Assembly: GCF_006345805.1 (NCBI RefSeq)
Contig: NC_043011.1
Coordinates: forward strand, 17,000,464 to 17,064,463
Direction: 5' to 3'
DNA: 64,000 nt
DNA from: Octopus sinensis
Lineage: Eukaryota
A program made the translations under genes and the position numbers. Shown in pieces: positions 25,200 through 38,237 of this stretch. The notes under the pieces were generated by a model that ran no database searches, was not told where the DNA came from, and saw only the letters and a program-made list of their open reading frames with translations. How positions within the stretch are numbered: the stretch's first letter is position 1; the number at the start of each line of letters is the position of its first letter.

Positions 25200-26880
25200 C
25201 TACTTAGTTATCTCCTCTTCTTTCTAGCTCTTCTGAATAACTAACTCTATTTTTGATCTTTCGTGTTCATTTCTGAAGAGTGTAGGCTCGAAACGTAAAA
25301 CAATTTCTCACCTCACCAAGCGTCAAACTATTACACCTGCTTGTTGATTATACACCTGTGTTTGTCCTTTGTTTCTCTGTAAATTTCAACTATATATTGT
25401 ACACTCACGTGGTCGCACCAGTTTTATCCTGCTTTTACCTCCGACACCTCGGAGTTACTTCTACCTGAAATTTCTGCACATCTCCTCATCTACATACCAG
25501 CGTTCCACCCGGATTACTACTGGATATACATATGGATTTCATTGGCGTCTTCTGTTGATGAAAAATCACTCCAATACACCATGACGTTTGAACTTTTTTG
25601 AACTTTTTTGAACTTTTTGAACTTTTTGCTTTTTCTTGTTCCGTTTCTTTTTTACTCTGTTTTCTCTTAATTCGCATGTTGTTACTTTACCTCTCTCTCT
25701 CCCTCTCTGTGCCTCTCCCCTTTTCTTTTCCTTTTTGCCTTTTCTACTCTTCTCCGTTTCTCTCCGTTTCTTTTTTTCTTCTTTCTGTTTTTTTTTTTCC
25801 TTTTTCTTCTCCTGCCTTTTGAATCTTTTGAACTTTTATACTTTACCTTTATCACGCCCCTTTCTTTATCTTTTTCAATCATGCCCGATTACAAATCTTT
25901 CCTCCTCCACCTTTACCACTGCCTAAAGAAACACCTTTCCATTTCCTTTCCGCTGCTTTCAACCTTTTATTAATCTTTTCTTACCAATTTCCAAAAAGCA
26001 TGGTTCTCTTAGCCACGTTTCATTTCTCAGTCGCTGCATTCACCACCATCTCATCCCCAAAGGTTTCCACCTCCACTTCCACCCCACTTTCTACTCTGCT
26101 TCAGCCATCCTATTATACTCCGTACTACTTCCCATCGCCTTATGTGTGCCATCATTCGTTCCAATCTCTCCAAAATACACACCATCGACTGCTTTCTCCC
26201 TTTCGCTTATTTCATCTTTTACTCTTCTCTTTCACATTCCTATGCACGCTCTACGCCACATAATACATTTAAATCAGCTCTTCCATGAATATCTCGTTTA
26301 CACTAAACAACGCAAACTCCACTCACTCGTCCATTCCGTCACACCGGATGCAACTAGGCCGACCCCTCCCTCTCCTATACACTTCCCCCTCATCTCGCCC
26401 CAAACCCTACGTCACTCCAATCCCCACACACTTACCCTTCCGCTCTCTCCTCCCAGCCTTCCACTACCCCTCCCATCCCTCCCTACATCAGTCTGATCTT
26501 CCCCTTGCTGATGCAGAGTGATCTCTTCTCAATAGGGGGGGGATCATTGCTTCATCCCCCTCACTCCATCCGGTAACGAATTTCAGACTTGTGTTGATAT
26601 TCATAGCACATGTCTGAAATTCTGTCTTTCTCTGTACATCAGTCAAATGGGGTTCCACTTGGCAGACAGGCTCGCGGAGCACCTTCAAGACATTAGACTC
26701 AGCTATGACATCCCGGTCTAGCACCATCTCCACTCTACCAGTCATTCACTACAACACCTGTCTGTGTTTGGATTGTCTTTGCACAGGTGCCATCCGGACT
26801 CCTGCCTTCGCCATGGACAGGAATTAAACTTCTCTCTTCATTCCTTTGCACCAAATGGGCTCAAATCCCCTCCTATCTGT
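25200..26880 (+). mobile_element. degenerate Penelope-like element: hammerhead-bearing repeat, RT motif, GIY-YIG
   Basis: Hammerhead-like motif 25265-25301; PDYYWIYI/DFIGVF (YIDD region); LYISQMGFHLADRLAEHLQDIRL..HSLQHLSVFGL..FAPNGL. Confidence 0.75.
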
Positions 26881-26894
26881 ATAAATATTCTTTT

Positions 26895-27118
26895 GTTTGT
26901 TTCAGTCATTTGAGTGCGACCATGCTGGAGCACTCCCTTTAGTCGAACAAATCGACCCCAGGACTTATTCTTAGTAAGCCTAGTACTTATTCTGTTAAGT
27001 CTTTTTTGCCAGACCACTAAGTTACGGGGACGTAAACACACTAGCATTGGTTGTCAATTGATGGTAGGGGGACAAACACACACACACACACACATTCATG
27101 ACAGGCTTCTTTCAGTTA
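26895..27118 (-). mobile_element. CORE-like SINE, partial
   Basis: Family 3' half ending GACAGGCTTCTTTCAGT. Confidence 0.8.
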
Positions 27119-28121
27119 AATGATGATGATGATGATGTTGTTGATATACATACATACATACATACATATACATATATATGTGTGTGTGTGTGTGTGTCAT
27201 GGTAGCCTCTTGATCCAAGAAAGACAGTTCTGCAATTTTTGTTGAATAAACTGCATGGATGATATATTTATAGTGATTTAATTTTTTATACTGCACATAA
27301 GATGACTCCCTCCATGAAATCTAGACTGCCTGTACAGTGTATGGTGTGCCACACGTTAGATGTCAGAGCAATTGCAAACCAACTTGAGATGAAATGATTT
27401 GCTCAGGAACAAATGTACCACCTTGAACGTGAATCAAATCCACAATCTAGCAATCATCAATACAACACCCTAATCACCAGTCCACATTCCCTCATGCATA
27501 TAAATAAATAGATCAACAGACAAACAGACAGATAGATAGCATATTTTGAAACGTTCTTCATGTAAAACCTTGTATTGAAACAGATTTACATGTACATTGA
27601 AGAAGCGGGGTTTCTCTGATATGTGTATGTACTGGTTGTATTTCAATTTTTACTTTTATTATCAAGATCGTAGTTAACTAATTAAATAATCACTCGCTTG
27701 ATCAATAAATTAATCAGTTGATTCGTCAAGGTTCTTTTGTCACAATCAATGTTATTATCAATGGTGTGTTTTCATCTGCTCTTAGTTTTTTTTTCACGAA
27801 CCGATTGCTTTGCATTTCTCTTCTATGTTTATAGTTTCTAACATTTGGGTTGATGGTGTGTGGTTTTGTTGTGTACTTTTGCGTTGTGTAGTTTCTATGT
27901 ATGCAAGTAGATTGCATCGTTATATGTGTTGTCTGTGTGTGTTGTGTGTGTAAAAGCTTTTATATTGTTTATTTATTTCCGTCAGTTCTTGGAAGTTCTT
28001 TGTTCAATGATTCTGAACATTGAAATTTTGACATTTTTATTTTTATGTTTCTATCAAAATATTTGTTTTATGCATCTAAATTTTATCATACGTGTGTGTA
28101 GACTCTCAACACAAAGCAATT

Positions 28122-28185
<64 letters not shown>

Positions 28186-28348
28186 ATAAACTGAGTTAGT
28201 GGTTATAATAACCGACTAAGGGATAAGATATCCATATGTACTATCGGTATCCGTTACCCATGTTATCCGCGGGTATTTGTGTGCAGGTACACTATGCACG
28301 CAGAGTGCAAGAAACACCAGGATAAACAAGGGTTTATCAGGAAACAAA

Positions 28349-29482
28349 TACAAATAGTCAGAAAATGGAGAAAACCTCCGACTAACAAACATCGATTGGA
28401 CCACATTTATAGCTTCTTTTTTTTATATACAAAGCATGACACAACAAATAGGTGACATAGCAAATCTTACGGCCGTTTCCACATCCGTTGCCAAATGCTG
28501 TCTATAAATAATTGTGAAAATAAAATTCTTCATCTTCCTAGGATATTCGGATTAAGGCTCAGAGCTTCATTAGAGTAAAGAGCAAGAACACTCAATATAA
28601 ACAAGGGGGAGAAGAAATAGGAAAGAAAACATGGCCTAGAAAAGAAGCCTAGAAGCACAATATCTACCATCTTGGGGCTACGATGTCCGTAGGCAAAAGA
28701 GTGATGGTCTAGGAAATAGTACAATTTTTTTTACGAATAGTTTCAATTTGTTAATTTTTATTGACATATCCATTGTAACGGTTTTAAATTGTGACTTCAG
28801 TTCAAATTGTAACTGACCAATTGTAGAGACCACTGGGTTTAGACTTGCGCCATTGTGGACAATAGGTGGGATTCTCGGTAGTATTTCTGTGAGTGAACTT
28901 TCATAAGCACCCTACAGTAATGTTTTGGATACATTTACTTGAGTTTACTACGTTAGCATAGGTGCTATCTTTTGATAATCATGTTAGTTAGATTCCTTAT
29001 AAATAAATATATTTTTTGATAACTTTTCTTAAATTTTAGAACCTCTTGCCATGCCCCACTTAAATTGAAACTATTCGTAAATAAATTGTAGTATTCTCTA
29101 TACCATCATTAGTTCACTCTTTTACCTACGAACCTCATCGCCCCAAGATGGTAGATTATATGCTTTTAATAAATTGGGCTTCTAGGCTTCTTTTCTAGGC
29201 CATGTTTTCTTCCTATTTCTTCTTCCCTTTGTTTATATTGGATGCTCTTGTTTTTTATTCTGATGAAGCTCTGTGCCTTAATCCAAATGTCCTATGAAGA
29301 TGAAGAATTTTATTTTCACAATTATTTAAAGACAGCGTTTGGCAACAGATGCGGAAACGGCCGTAAGATTTGTTACATCACTTATTTGTTATGTCATGCT
29401 TCATATTAAAAATGAGCTATAAATGTGGTCCAATCGATGTGCTTGTTAATCTGAGGCTTTCTCCATTTTCTGATTATTTGTA
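28349..29482. repeat. long inverted repeat (~400-bp arms), probably Penelope-derived
   Basis: Arms 28349-28749 and 29062-29482 align throughout. Confidence 0.9.
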
Positions 29483-29616
29483 GATTTATATTTATATACA
29501 TATATATTTATACACATACACATACATTCATATATGTGTGAATATATATATAAATATGTATGTATGGATAGATAGATAGATACATACATACATTCATACA
29601 TACATACATACATACA

Positions 29617-29648
<32 letters not shown>

Positions 29649-29699
29649 AGCGTACGTAGTGGTATTGGAGTGTTTGTGTTTGGGCCTGGGTGGTGATGG

Positions 29700-30020
29700 C
29701 ATTGTTAATTCTTCCATATTTTCAGTTAAATCCATTTCTCTAAGATATATTATAGCTTTCTATGTTTTTCTCTTTTTACCTTAATGTGACATTATATGAG
29801 TAACCTTATTGAATTTTTACTTCAATATTCTTGATCAAGCTATAATATTTCTCATTTGCCTGTTGGTAGAATATTGACAGTATTTTGCTTTGATATAATC
29901 CTGCCAGTACACCACCATTCTTTCCACTATACTACGATTGTTTTTCCTATATGTAAATTGTGGGAGTATTTTTGCATTCAACTTCACTGCATCTATAGAT
30001 AATATATTTCTAATTTCCCA
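29700..30020 (-). pseudogene. Penelope-like GIY-YIG remnant
   Basis: Frameshifted YIIYRCSEVECKNTPTIYI/GKT/NRSIVERMVV. Confidence 0.6.
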
Positions 30021-30056
30021 GTTTGCACTTTATGTATACTGTTTATATTAGTTTTT

Positions 30057-30559
30057 ATTGTTGGTTTCACTATGCTTCAGTTGTTGTACACTCCAGCCTT
30101 CTTCAGGCATCTTCTATCGAACTTGGTTGTTGTATTGGAATTTCAAACTTAACCTTTTATTTGATCCACAAGAGTACACTGTTCTCATTCTGCTCTCTGC
30201 GTTTTGTGACATTCTTGCTTCTGTTGATTTTTTTGTGAATTATCTAAGTGCATTACCTGGCATTGAACTCAGAACATCTAGGTGACTGCATTAACCAATG
30301 GGCATAGCATAGAAGATAGTCATTTGGTAAGACAGTGCAGTCATATAGAGGTTCTAAGTTCGATCTTAGGCAAAGAGCTTAGATAATTCACAACTGAAGC
30401 AAAAATGTCCCAAAATGCTGAGAATGGAGTGAAAACAGTTTGCCACCATAGATAAAATAAAGGGTTAGGTGTGAAATTCTGATACAACAACGAATTCAAC
30501 ACAAGACACCTGCAGAAGACTGGAGCATACAACAGCTGAAGTGTAGGGAGAGCAACAAT
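30057..30559. repeat. degenerate inverted repeat (head-to-head SINE-like pair)
   Basis: Arms ~30057-30280 and ~30346-30559, each with a B-box-like GTTCRAT near the centre. Confidence 0.7.
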
Positions 30560-30689
30560 CAAGGTAAGGACACCAATCTGGTTAATATAAACAATATACA
30601 TAATGTAAATTCCTCACATCAGTAACATAAAGCTGTAATAATTTACACTTAGGATGACATGCAAATTCCTGAAGCGTTCCATATTTTTT

Positions 30690-30897
30690 GACTGTTGCCA
30701 GTACCACCAAACTGGCCCTCATGCTGGTGGCACGTAAAAGCACCCTCTACACTCTCGGAGTGGTTGGTGTTAGGAAGGGCATCCAGCTGTAGAAACTCTG
30801 CCAGATCAGATTGGAGTCTAGTTCGCCAGACCTCAGTCAAATCGTCCAACCCATGCTAGCATGGAAAGCAGACGTTAAACGATGATGATGATGATGA
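30690..30897 (+). mobile_element. (ATG)n-tailed RTE 3' UTR fragment
   Basis: TGGCACGTAAAAGCACCCTCTACACTCTCGGAG..GTTAAACGATGATG. Confidence 0.85.
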
Positions 30898-31620
30898 ATA
30901 TATTTGGCATTATAGTTTATATTTATATTAGCTGTCTCAATAACTATGTTTATTGACTGAGCCAGTTGTTTTAAAGGAGTATGCTCTATTCGGAATTTAA
31001 TGGATAATTCCATGCTTTCCAACTACTTTAATTTTTCAAAGCTTTGTTTGTTTAATGCTTTCCTAGATTTATGCTCCAGTTTACCTTAGTAAGTAGTGTC
31101 AAAAAACTTTACTTATGGGAATAAACTCTTGCTATATCATAACAATCTGTGTAACTTATTTTCATAGCATTTTACTCTGGTGTTAAAAACTGGAAACACC
31201 CAGTTAAAACATTCATTTCAATGTTGGCAGACGGGGGAAATCTTTCAGGTACTTTACTATAGTGGACCAGCAAGCAAAACACATACATTGTTTGTGTTTA
31301 CAACACACAGACAGATAGATATATACACTCCCTTTTAGTGGTTTAGTTGTTCATATTGGCCTCAGTAATTATTTCCATCTTATACTTCTTAGATATAAAG
31401 GAACAGAACTCAACACATGCTTTTGCAGTGGTAAACAGTCCCACATGCAATCAGGCTTGTATCTAATATGCCTTCATGCATTTTCCATTTAGAAAATTTC
31501 AAGCATAAAATTGGGTATAAAAAGATACAACCTGGCACATGTTTTTACACTGGTGATTATAACACAAACATGCAAACATACACAAATATATATATATAAA
31601 AAGGACTTCCATGCAGTTTC

Positions 31621-32038
31621 TTATTTCTTTATTGCCCACAAGGGGCTAAACATAGAGGGGACAAACAAGAACAGACAAAGGGATTAAGTCAATTACACAG
31701 ACCCCAGTGCGTAACTGCTACTTAATTTTTGGTCCCCGAAAGGATGAAAGGCAAAGTCGACCTCGGTGGAATTTGAACTCAGAACTAAATGGCAAACGAA
31801 ATACCTATTTCTTTACTACCCACAAGGGGCTAAACACAGAGGGGACAAACAAGGACAGACAAACGGATTAAGATGATTACATGGAACCCAGTGCATAACT
31901 GGTACTTAATTTATCGACCCCAAAAGGATGAAAGGCAAAGTCGACCTCGGCGGAATTTGAACTCAGAACGTAACGGCAGACGAAATACTGCTGAGTATTT
32001 CGTCTGGCATGCTAACGTTTCTGCCAGCTCGCCGCCTT
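31621..32038 (-). mobile_element. tRNA-headed Meta-domain-like SINE, dimer
   Basis: Head AAGGCGGCGAGCTGGCAGAAACG, B box GAGTTCAAATTCC; TSD ACTTCCA(T/C)GCAGTTTC at 31605-31620 and 32039-32054. Confidence 0.9.
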
Positions 32039-33471
32039 ACTTCCACGCAGTTTCTATCTTCCAATTTTATGCAAAATCATTGAAGCATTGATCAGTCAAA
32101 GGCTGCAATAGAAGGTTTGACTTAGTAGAAGTAAACCCAGAATCATATGATTGTGAAGATACCTTCCCAGCCACTTGGCTATACCAGCAGCTATATCGAA
32201 ATTAAGTTTTATAATTATCCCAGGAAAATTATTAATCTTAATTAAATATTCCATTTTATTAATACTTGAGAATGCTATGAATATTTTTCCCCTCCTATCG
32301 GAGCTTTCTGTTGCTCTGAACTATTTATATTATTTGTGATAAATATACATACTTAGCTTGGCACTTAATGCATATTGATTAATACTTGGAAAATACAACA
32401 ACCTTGACAAATTCAATGTAATTGAAATGAAGATATGAATAGCAACTTGCTTGCAAAATATTATCATTTTAATTTCCTGGATCAATAAGAGATATAGATA
32501 TAGAGTATTTTTAATCTAGAATTATGTTAAACAGGCCATTTCTATGAAATTGCAAATCTGTGATTCATCAAATTTCTTTAATCCTTAGTGAAGATGTTAC
32601 TTAATTATGTTAGTGATGACATTAATACATATTTCTATTGCACTGTTCAACATGAAGCTATAAATTTCTCTTTTAGAAACTATTCTTGAAATATAAACTA
32701 AAGAAATTTCATGTGAATTACTTTGAGTATAAAGGCAATGATGAGAAAAACCCTCAGTGCCTTTTCTGCAAAATGTAAATTTAATAAAAAGATAATAAAT
32801 AAAAATATAAATAATAAAAATAATATCTAATAACTTTAAAAAAGGAAAATAGATATAAAATTGAAAATTACATGCATAAAATTGTTTAGCATAGTTGTCA
32901 GTATGCCAGGTAAGAAGAAATGGAAATCTTCAAAGTAAATTCTTTAGAGCCTTTACAGCCATAGAGGAATATTTTGTATTGACAATTAAACCTTATTTGA
33001 GCATTGAAATTCTCTCTGTTTTACCCATTGATCTATTAAAATATCTTTTACTGAGGGGCTGTCAATAAATAGATTTAATAGTTTTTCAATTGCTTTTATA
33101 TGCTGCATTAAAATTGTGTATAAAGGCGTGATGTAGAAATAGATAAAAGCATTTGAGTGGTTGTGTGACTAAGATGCTATATTTATAGTAATATGTGTTA
33201 CAAGTTGCTATCTTGTTCCAGATATTGCTATAATTTCTGGGCCAAGATACTTTAATCATCATCATTGTCATCATCACTATCATTATCAAATGTCAGTTTT
33301 CTTAGTAATCATATATATAATGATATATAAATATTAGTAAAATGAGGTATTTATAGAAAATATTTTCAATGTCATTTTATAAATTTAAACATCACATGAT
33401 CATAAGTCTATCTAATTAGAGGTGCATTGAGTAGTGATCACCAAGATATAGATGTATACAACTATATTGAA

Positions 33472-33692
33472 CCCTTTCAATACCAAACCGGCTGAAACCG
33501 CCTCTGGCTCTGTAGTATAAATGTCTTGTTTTCATAAGTTTTGTATAAAAATCTTCCACCAAACCTTAGTCACAAATTGTGTTCCTTACACCAGCTTAAT
33601 GATAACTAAGTTATTTTACTAAATTCTTTGTTAATTTAAAATTAATTGAAAGAAACACAGAACATCTCAAAATAAATACGGTAACGAAAGGG
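33472..33692. mobile_element. piggyBac-type MITE (221 bp)
   Basis: TIR CCCTTTCAATACC / rc CCCTTTCGTTACC; flanks TGAA and TTAA; degenerate copy at ~35950-36125. Confidence 0.8.
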
Positions 33693-34054
33693 TTAACATA
33701 TACACTCGACCACAGAAATACCAACCTTTGTTGTGGAAAGTGTCTCAGGAGAGAACTTATAATAGAGAATGTGCCTGAAAACAGAAAATACTACTGGGCT
33801 ATAAATGATGTCATCAGAAGATAGGAGATGCATTTTTTCATTGTTACATTTTTTCAGCTACAGATTGCAAATCTTTCACTCATAGTTCACAAAGAACTGT
33901 CATTCTTATATTCAAACAACAAAGGATATATTTGTTGATGTATGCAAAACTCTGTCAAGCTGGAATTAATTAATTAGAGGAAAAAATTTTATGCATAAAA
34001 TTAAATGTAAAGGGACGCAACTTGACCCAGATAGCGACATGCATACTCAAATAT

Positions 34055-34362
34055 CATCATCATCATCATCGTTTAACGTCCGTTTTCCATGCTAGCATAG
34101 GTTAGACGGTTCGACTGGGATCTGGGAAGCCAGAAGGCTGTACCAGGCTCCAGTTTGATCTGGCAGTGTTTTTACTGCTGGATGCCCTTCCTAATGCCAA
34201 CCACTCCGTGAGTGTAGTGGGAGCTTTTTACGTGCCAGGCGAGGCTGGCAACGGCCACGATTGGTTGGTGCTTTTTACGTGCCACCTGCATGGAAGCCAG
34301 TCAAGGCGGCGCTGGCATCGGCCACGTTCGGATGGTGCTTTATCCATGCCACTGGCACAGGG
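34055..34362 (-). mobile_element. (ATG)n-tailed RTE 3' UTR fragment
   Basis: (CAT)n-CGTTTAACGTCCGTTTTCCATGCTAGC. Confidence 0.85.
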
Positions 34363-34547
34363 ATCGAAGGGATTCATACAAACTATGACTAGAAGAAGTC
34401 CAACTGTGACCATTCCATCTTATTTTTTTATACATAGTATATTCTGGACTACATTATACTTACTTATTTTATTTAAGACAGCAGATAGAGAACTGAGTAA
34501 AATTTGGCTATTATTTCTTGTGGGACTCATAAGCATACAGCAGTTCT

Positions 34548-34780
34548 TATTTCTTTATTGCCCTCAAGGGGCTAAACATAGGGGGGACAAACAAGGACAG
34601 ACAAAGGGATTAAGTCGATTACATCGACCCCAGTGCATAACTGGTACTTAATTTATCGACCCCGAATGGATGAAAGACAAAGTCGACCTTGGCGGAATTT
34701 GAACTCAGAACGTAACGGCAGACGAAATACGGCTACGCATTTCGCCTGGTGTGCTAACAGTTCTGCCAGCTCACCGCCTT
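34548..34780 (-). mobile_element. Meta-like SINE monomer
   Basis: Full length; TSD CATACAGCAGTTCT at 34534-34547 and 34783-34796. Confidence 0.9.
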
Positions 34781-34968
34781 CACATACAGCAGTTCTCACA
34801 TGCTAGATATATGAGAAATACTATGATACTACATAGCATAGCATTCACACAACAACTAATATTTATCTTCTTAAAATAATGATAAATTATTCATGGATAT
34901 CATACACAAGAACAATACTATTGACTTACTGCTAACTGTATAGTTCATTTTATTAACAATCTGTCATG

Positions 34969-35249
34969 TGTGGGAAATGGAAAGAGGTTTACCAATCTCC
35001 CTCTCTCATCTGCACTTGTCTAGTAGTAATCTCTCTGGCGATCCTGCCCTACCCCTGCCACCCAGTATAAGCAGCTGCTTTCTGACCAACTCAGGAGCGA
35101 ATTCCCTGATGTCCATTCCTGATGCTTCCAGTGGTCAAGAAGAGGTGGGCCCTCACCTCTCTCATCCCACTTTCCCTCTTGTGCTTCCTCTTCTGGTCAG
35201 TCCCTTGACCATTGACATCATGACCCTCTTCTTCCAGCTCATCACCACA
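34969..35249 (-). mobile_element. Gypsy 3' LTR (281 bp)
   Basis: TGTGG...CCACA termini; polypurine-tract-like GAGATCAGTGGGGCA immediately upstream. Confidence 0.75.
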
Positions 35250-35269
35250 TGCCCCACTGATCTCAAAGA

Positions 35270-35960
35270 TCACCTCCTCACTTCATGCCATGTCAAAATC
35301 TACCACCCACCTGAGCGGGCGCCTTGCATGTTGTGATCTTCTTAAGCTGGGAACCTCATTCTCTTCCTCCACTCCCCAATCATAATCCAACAAAGCAACA
35401 ATCCTATGAACATCTAAGACATGAAGTGGCATTCCATCCACAGAAATGCTGGTTTTTTGGAATTGACTGCCATCACTATTCCTCTGTTCCACTGAGTTGT
35501 GCAGTGTGACTTTGGCGGCTTGACCCAGACTTCATCTCCCACCTCCACGAAGATGGGCCCTCTATATTCTACAGATGCCGCCATTCATATTTGAATATCG
35601 CTCTATGTAGAACAGACCCTTCAGCCTGTCCTGATCGGGGCGACATGTACCAGAAAACTGCTTCCAGCAGTAAGATATGTCCCTTCTTCACCAGTGAGAT
35701 ATGTCCCTTCTCCGCCAGCGAGATATGTCCCTTCTCTGCCAGCAAGATAATTCCCTTCTCTGCCAGCAAGATATGTCCCTTCTCCACCAGCGAGATATAT
35801 CCCTTCTACGCCGGCAAGATATGTCCCTTCTCCACCAGCGAGATATGTCCCTTCTCTGCCAGCGAAATATGTCCCTTCTACAAATAAGATGGAATGGTCA
35901 CAGTTGGACTTATAGTCATAGCAAGATATGTCCTTTCTCTCCATGACAAGTTCCTAGGTT
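35270..35960 (-). pseudogene. Gypsy integrase C-terminal remnant
   Basis: LEAVFWY..FKYEWRH..VGDEVWVKPPKSHCTTQWNRG..VDGMP.HV..LRRSQHARRP. Confidence 0.85.
35673..35882. repeat. 24-bp minisatellite, 9 units (AGATATGTCCCTTCTCYRCCAGCR)
   Basis: Directly visible; reads AEKGHISL in the integrase frame. Confidence 0.95.
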
Positions 35961-37043
35961 TAAAGTGGTCTCAGTTAAAACTACCCATTATAATTTTAAG
36001 CTAATTTATATTCTAAACACCAGCTTAATAATGGCAATATTATTTAACTAATTTCTTCTTAATTTTTAAATTTAATTGAAATATAAACAGAGTATTTCAA
36101 TGAATATAGCAACAAAAGAATTGAAATATCAGTATACCCTACAGTACTTGTAGGAAAATCAGAGAGAACAAACTGCATCTGTGACTAGTGGTTGGAGAAT
36201 GTTGATCAGTGAACTTTTGCCAATTACCTAGAATGTTTGTGTATAGCGGTACTTTGATGTATATTGCACTTGGGTTTTGCTGAAGGTTAAAGACCCGTAA
36301 TATCTGTACTATTTTCAAGCTCTGAAGGGAATAGCTTTCAGCTTTTGTCAGCCCTGACTGAGCAGATCTGTGAACATCCTTCTTTTGGTATATCAGCTAA
36401 AACTTTGCTTACTGCATTTTTGTTGTGAAGAATCAGTTACCAGTGGACCAGTGTGTAACAGAACAACTCTATGCCAATATGCCAATTATAGTATCCAAGT
36501 ATTTCTTTTTTTCGTCATTGTTGTTGTTTTGGTGGGGCATATGCAGCCAAGAATATTTATATGTGTAACAGCAGTACCAATTCAGATATGCTCTCCATTT
36601 TAAATCTCACTTGACATTTCTCTAGTATTATCAAGTGATCCTAGCTTAAGTATTTTCTGTTTCTAAATCCAGTCATTGGAATGCAGTTGTTGCCATGTTG
36701 CTATGTTGTGGATATAAGGTCATCAGAAGTGACTAGCATTTGTGGTGTCCTTTAATGTATCCATGACTATATTTTCTTAAGACTGTAGTGTGTGATTTGA
36801 GGGAATTTTGGTGGTTAGTTTAGCAGGTGAAACAACTACATAGAAAATCTCTTTGCCTTAGATGACCATCTAGAATGACGGGCCCCAGGGTGTGTGAGGG
36901 TTTTAACTATGGTATTCGTGAGTATAAAAGATATACTTATGACCAGATTGTTTTCTTGACAAATGCATTGACTGTGTTTTGATGTTAATGATGAGAAATG
37001 TACTGTCAGGTTTCCACTTGAGGATATTTTCAAGGTTATTTTC

Positions 37044-37460
37044 AAGGCGGCGAGCTGGCAGAAACGTTAGCACACCGGGCGAAATGCGTAGCCCTATTTC
37101 GTCTGGCGTTATGTTCTGAGTTCAAATTCCACCGAGGTCGACTTTGCCTTTCATCCTTTCAGGGTCGATAAATTAAGTACCAGTTATGCACTGGGGTTGA
37201 TATGATGGACTTAATCTGTTTGTCTGTCCTTGTTTGCTCCCTCTGTGTTTAGCCCCTTGTGGCTAGTTAAGAAATAGGTATTTTGTCTGCCGTTACATTC
37301 TAAGTTCAAATTTCACTGAGGTCGACTTTGCCCTTCATCCTTTTGAGGTCAATAAATTAAGTACCAGTTACGCACTGGGGTTGATGTGATCGACTTAATC
37401 CCTTTGTCTGTCCTTGTTTGTCCTCTCTGTGTTTAGCTCTTTGTGGATAGTAAAGAAATA
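37044..37460 (+). mobile_element. Meta-like SINE dimer
   Basis: TSD GATATTTTCAAGGTTA at 37023-37038 and 37461-37476; internal junction at 37277/37278. Confidence 0.9.
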
Positions 37461-37836
37461 GATATTTTCAAGGTTACTGTTTAGGAGTGTGTTGTTGGAT
37501 GAAGTAAATAAAAAAATATATAGAAGAAAGAATATGCTAAACCCTGAAATGCACCAGTGTGGGGAGTGTAGGGGTTTGATTAAAAATTTTCAGATCCAAA
37601 TGCTAAAAGGCAAAAGTCTCATGCTTAAGAAAAATTACGATATAGGAACTCATTAAAAACTAGTGGTAGGAAGTTTCTATGCTTGTGTGGTCATGTCTGT
37701 CCTGTGAATACCATACCACTGCACTTGCCGTTTGTGATTTCTTTGGCAGTGATACATGAGAAAGACACAAAATGAGGATAAGAGTTGCAGTAAACAACAA
37801 CAATAAATCAAGCAAGAAATTTCTCTATCACTCATT

Positions 37837-38237
37837 TGTTGTTGTTGTTGTTGTCGCTGCTGTTGCTGTTGAGCGAACGGTTTTCATCCCAGAGCTCGCA
37901 AGATGGGAGAAGTCCGAAACCTGGTCCTTTGCTATTCGTAAGACCCGCAGAAGAGAAAGCAGGTCAGCCCCTGACACCAAGAGCATCGACGGATAAATGA
38001 ATGTGCATCCAGGCTCAGCGGTTGCGCAGGAAATCGAGGACAAGAAACAGGAAGAAAGAGTGAGAGAAAGTTGGAACAAAAGAATACAACAGGGGTCGCC
38101 ACCACCCCCTACCGGAGCTTCGTGGAGCTTTAGGTGTTTTCACTCAATAAACACAAACAACGCCCAGTCTGGGAATCGAAACTGCGATCTTCCGACTGTA
38201 AGTCCACTGCCATAACCACTGGGCCATTGTGCCTCCA
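37837..38237 (-). mobile_element. tRNA-derived SINE (family C, tail 2, (CAA)n end)
   Basis: rc TGGAGGCACAATGGCCCAGTGG head, shared body, distinct tail. Confidence 0.85.

Noticed and set aside
31067-32910. Plus-strand micro-exon chain (31067-31088, 31231-31248, ~32891-32910)
   Set aside because: Splice motifs of this kind are expected by chance in AT-rich DNA, and the joined peptide is unrecognisable.
35673-35882. CRISPR-like array
   Set aside because: The units are contiguous with no unique spacers, in a eukaryotic Gypsy context.
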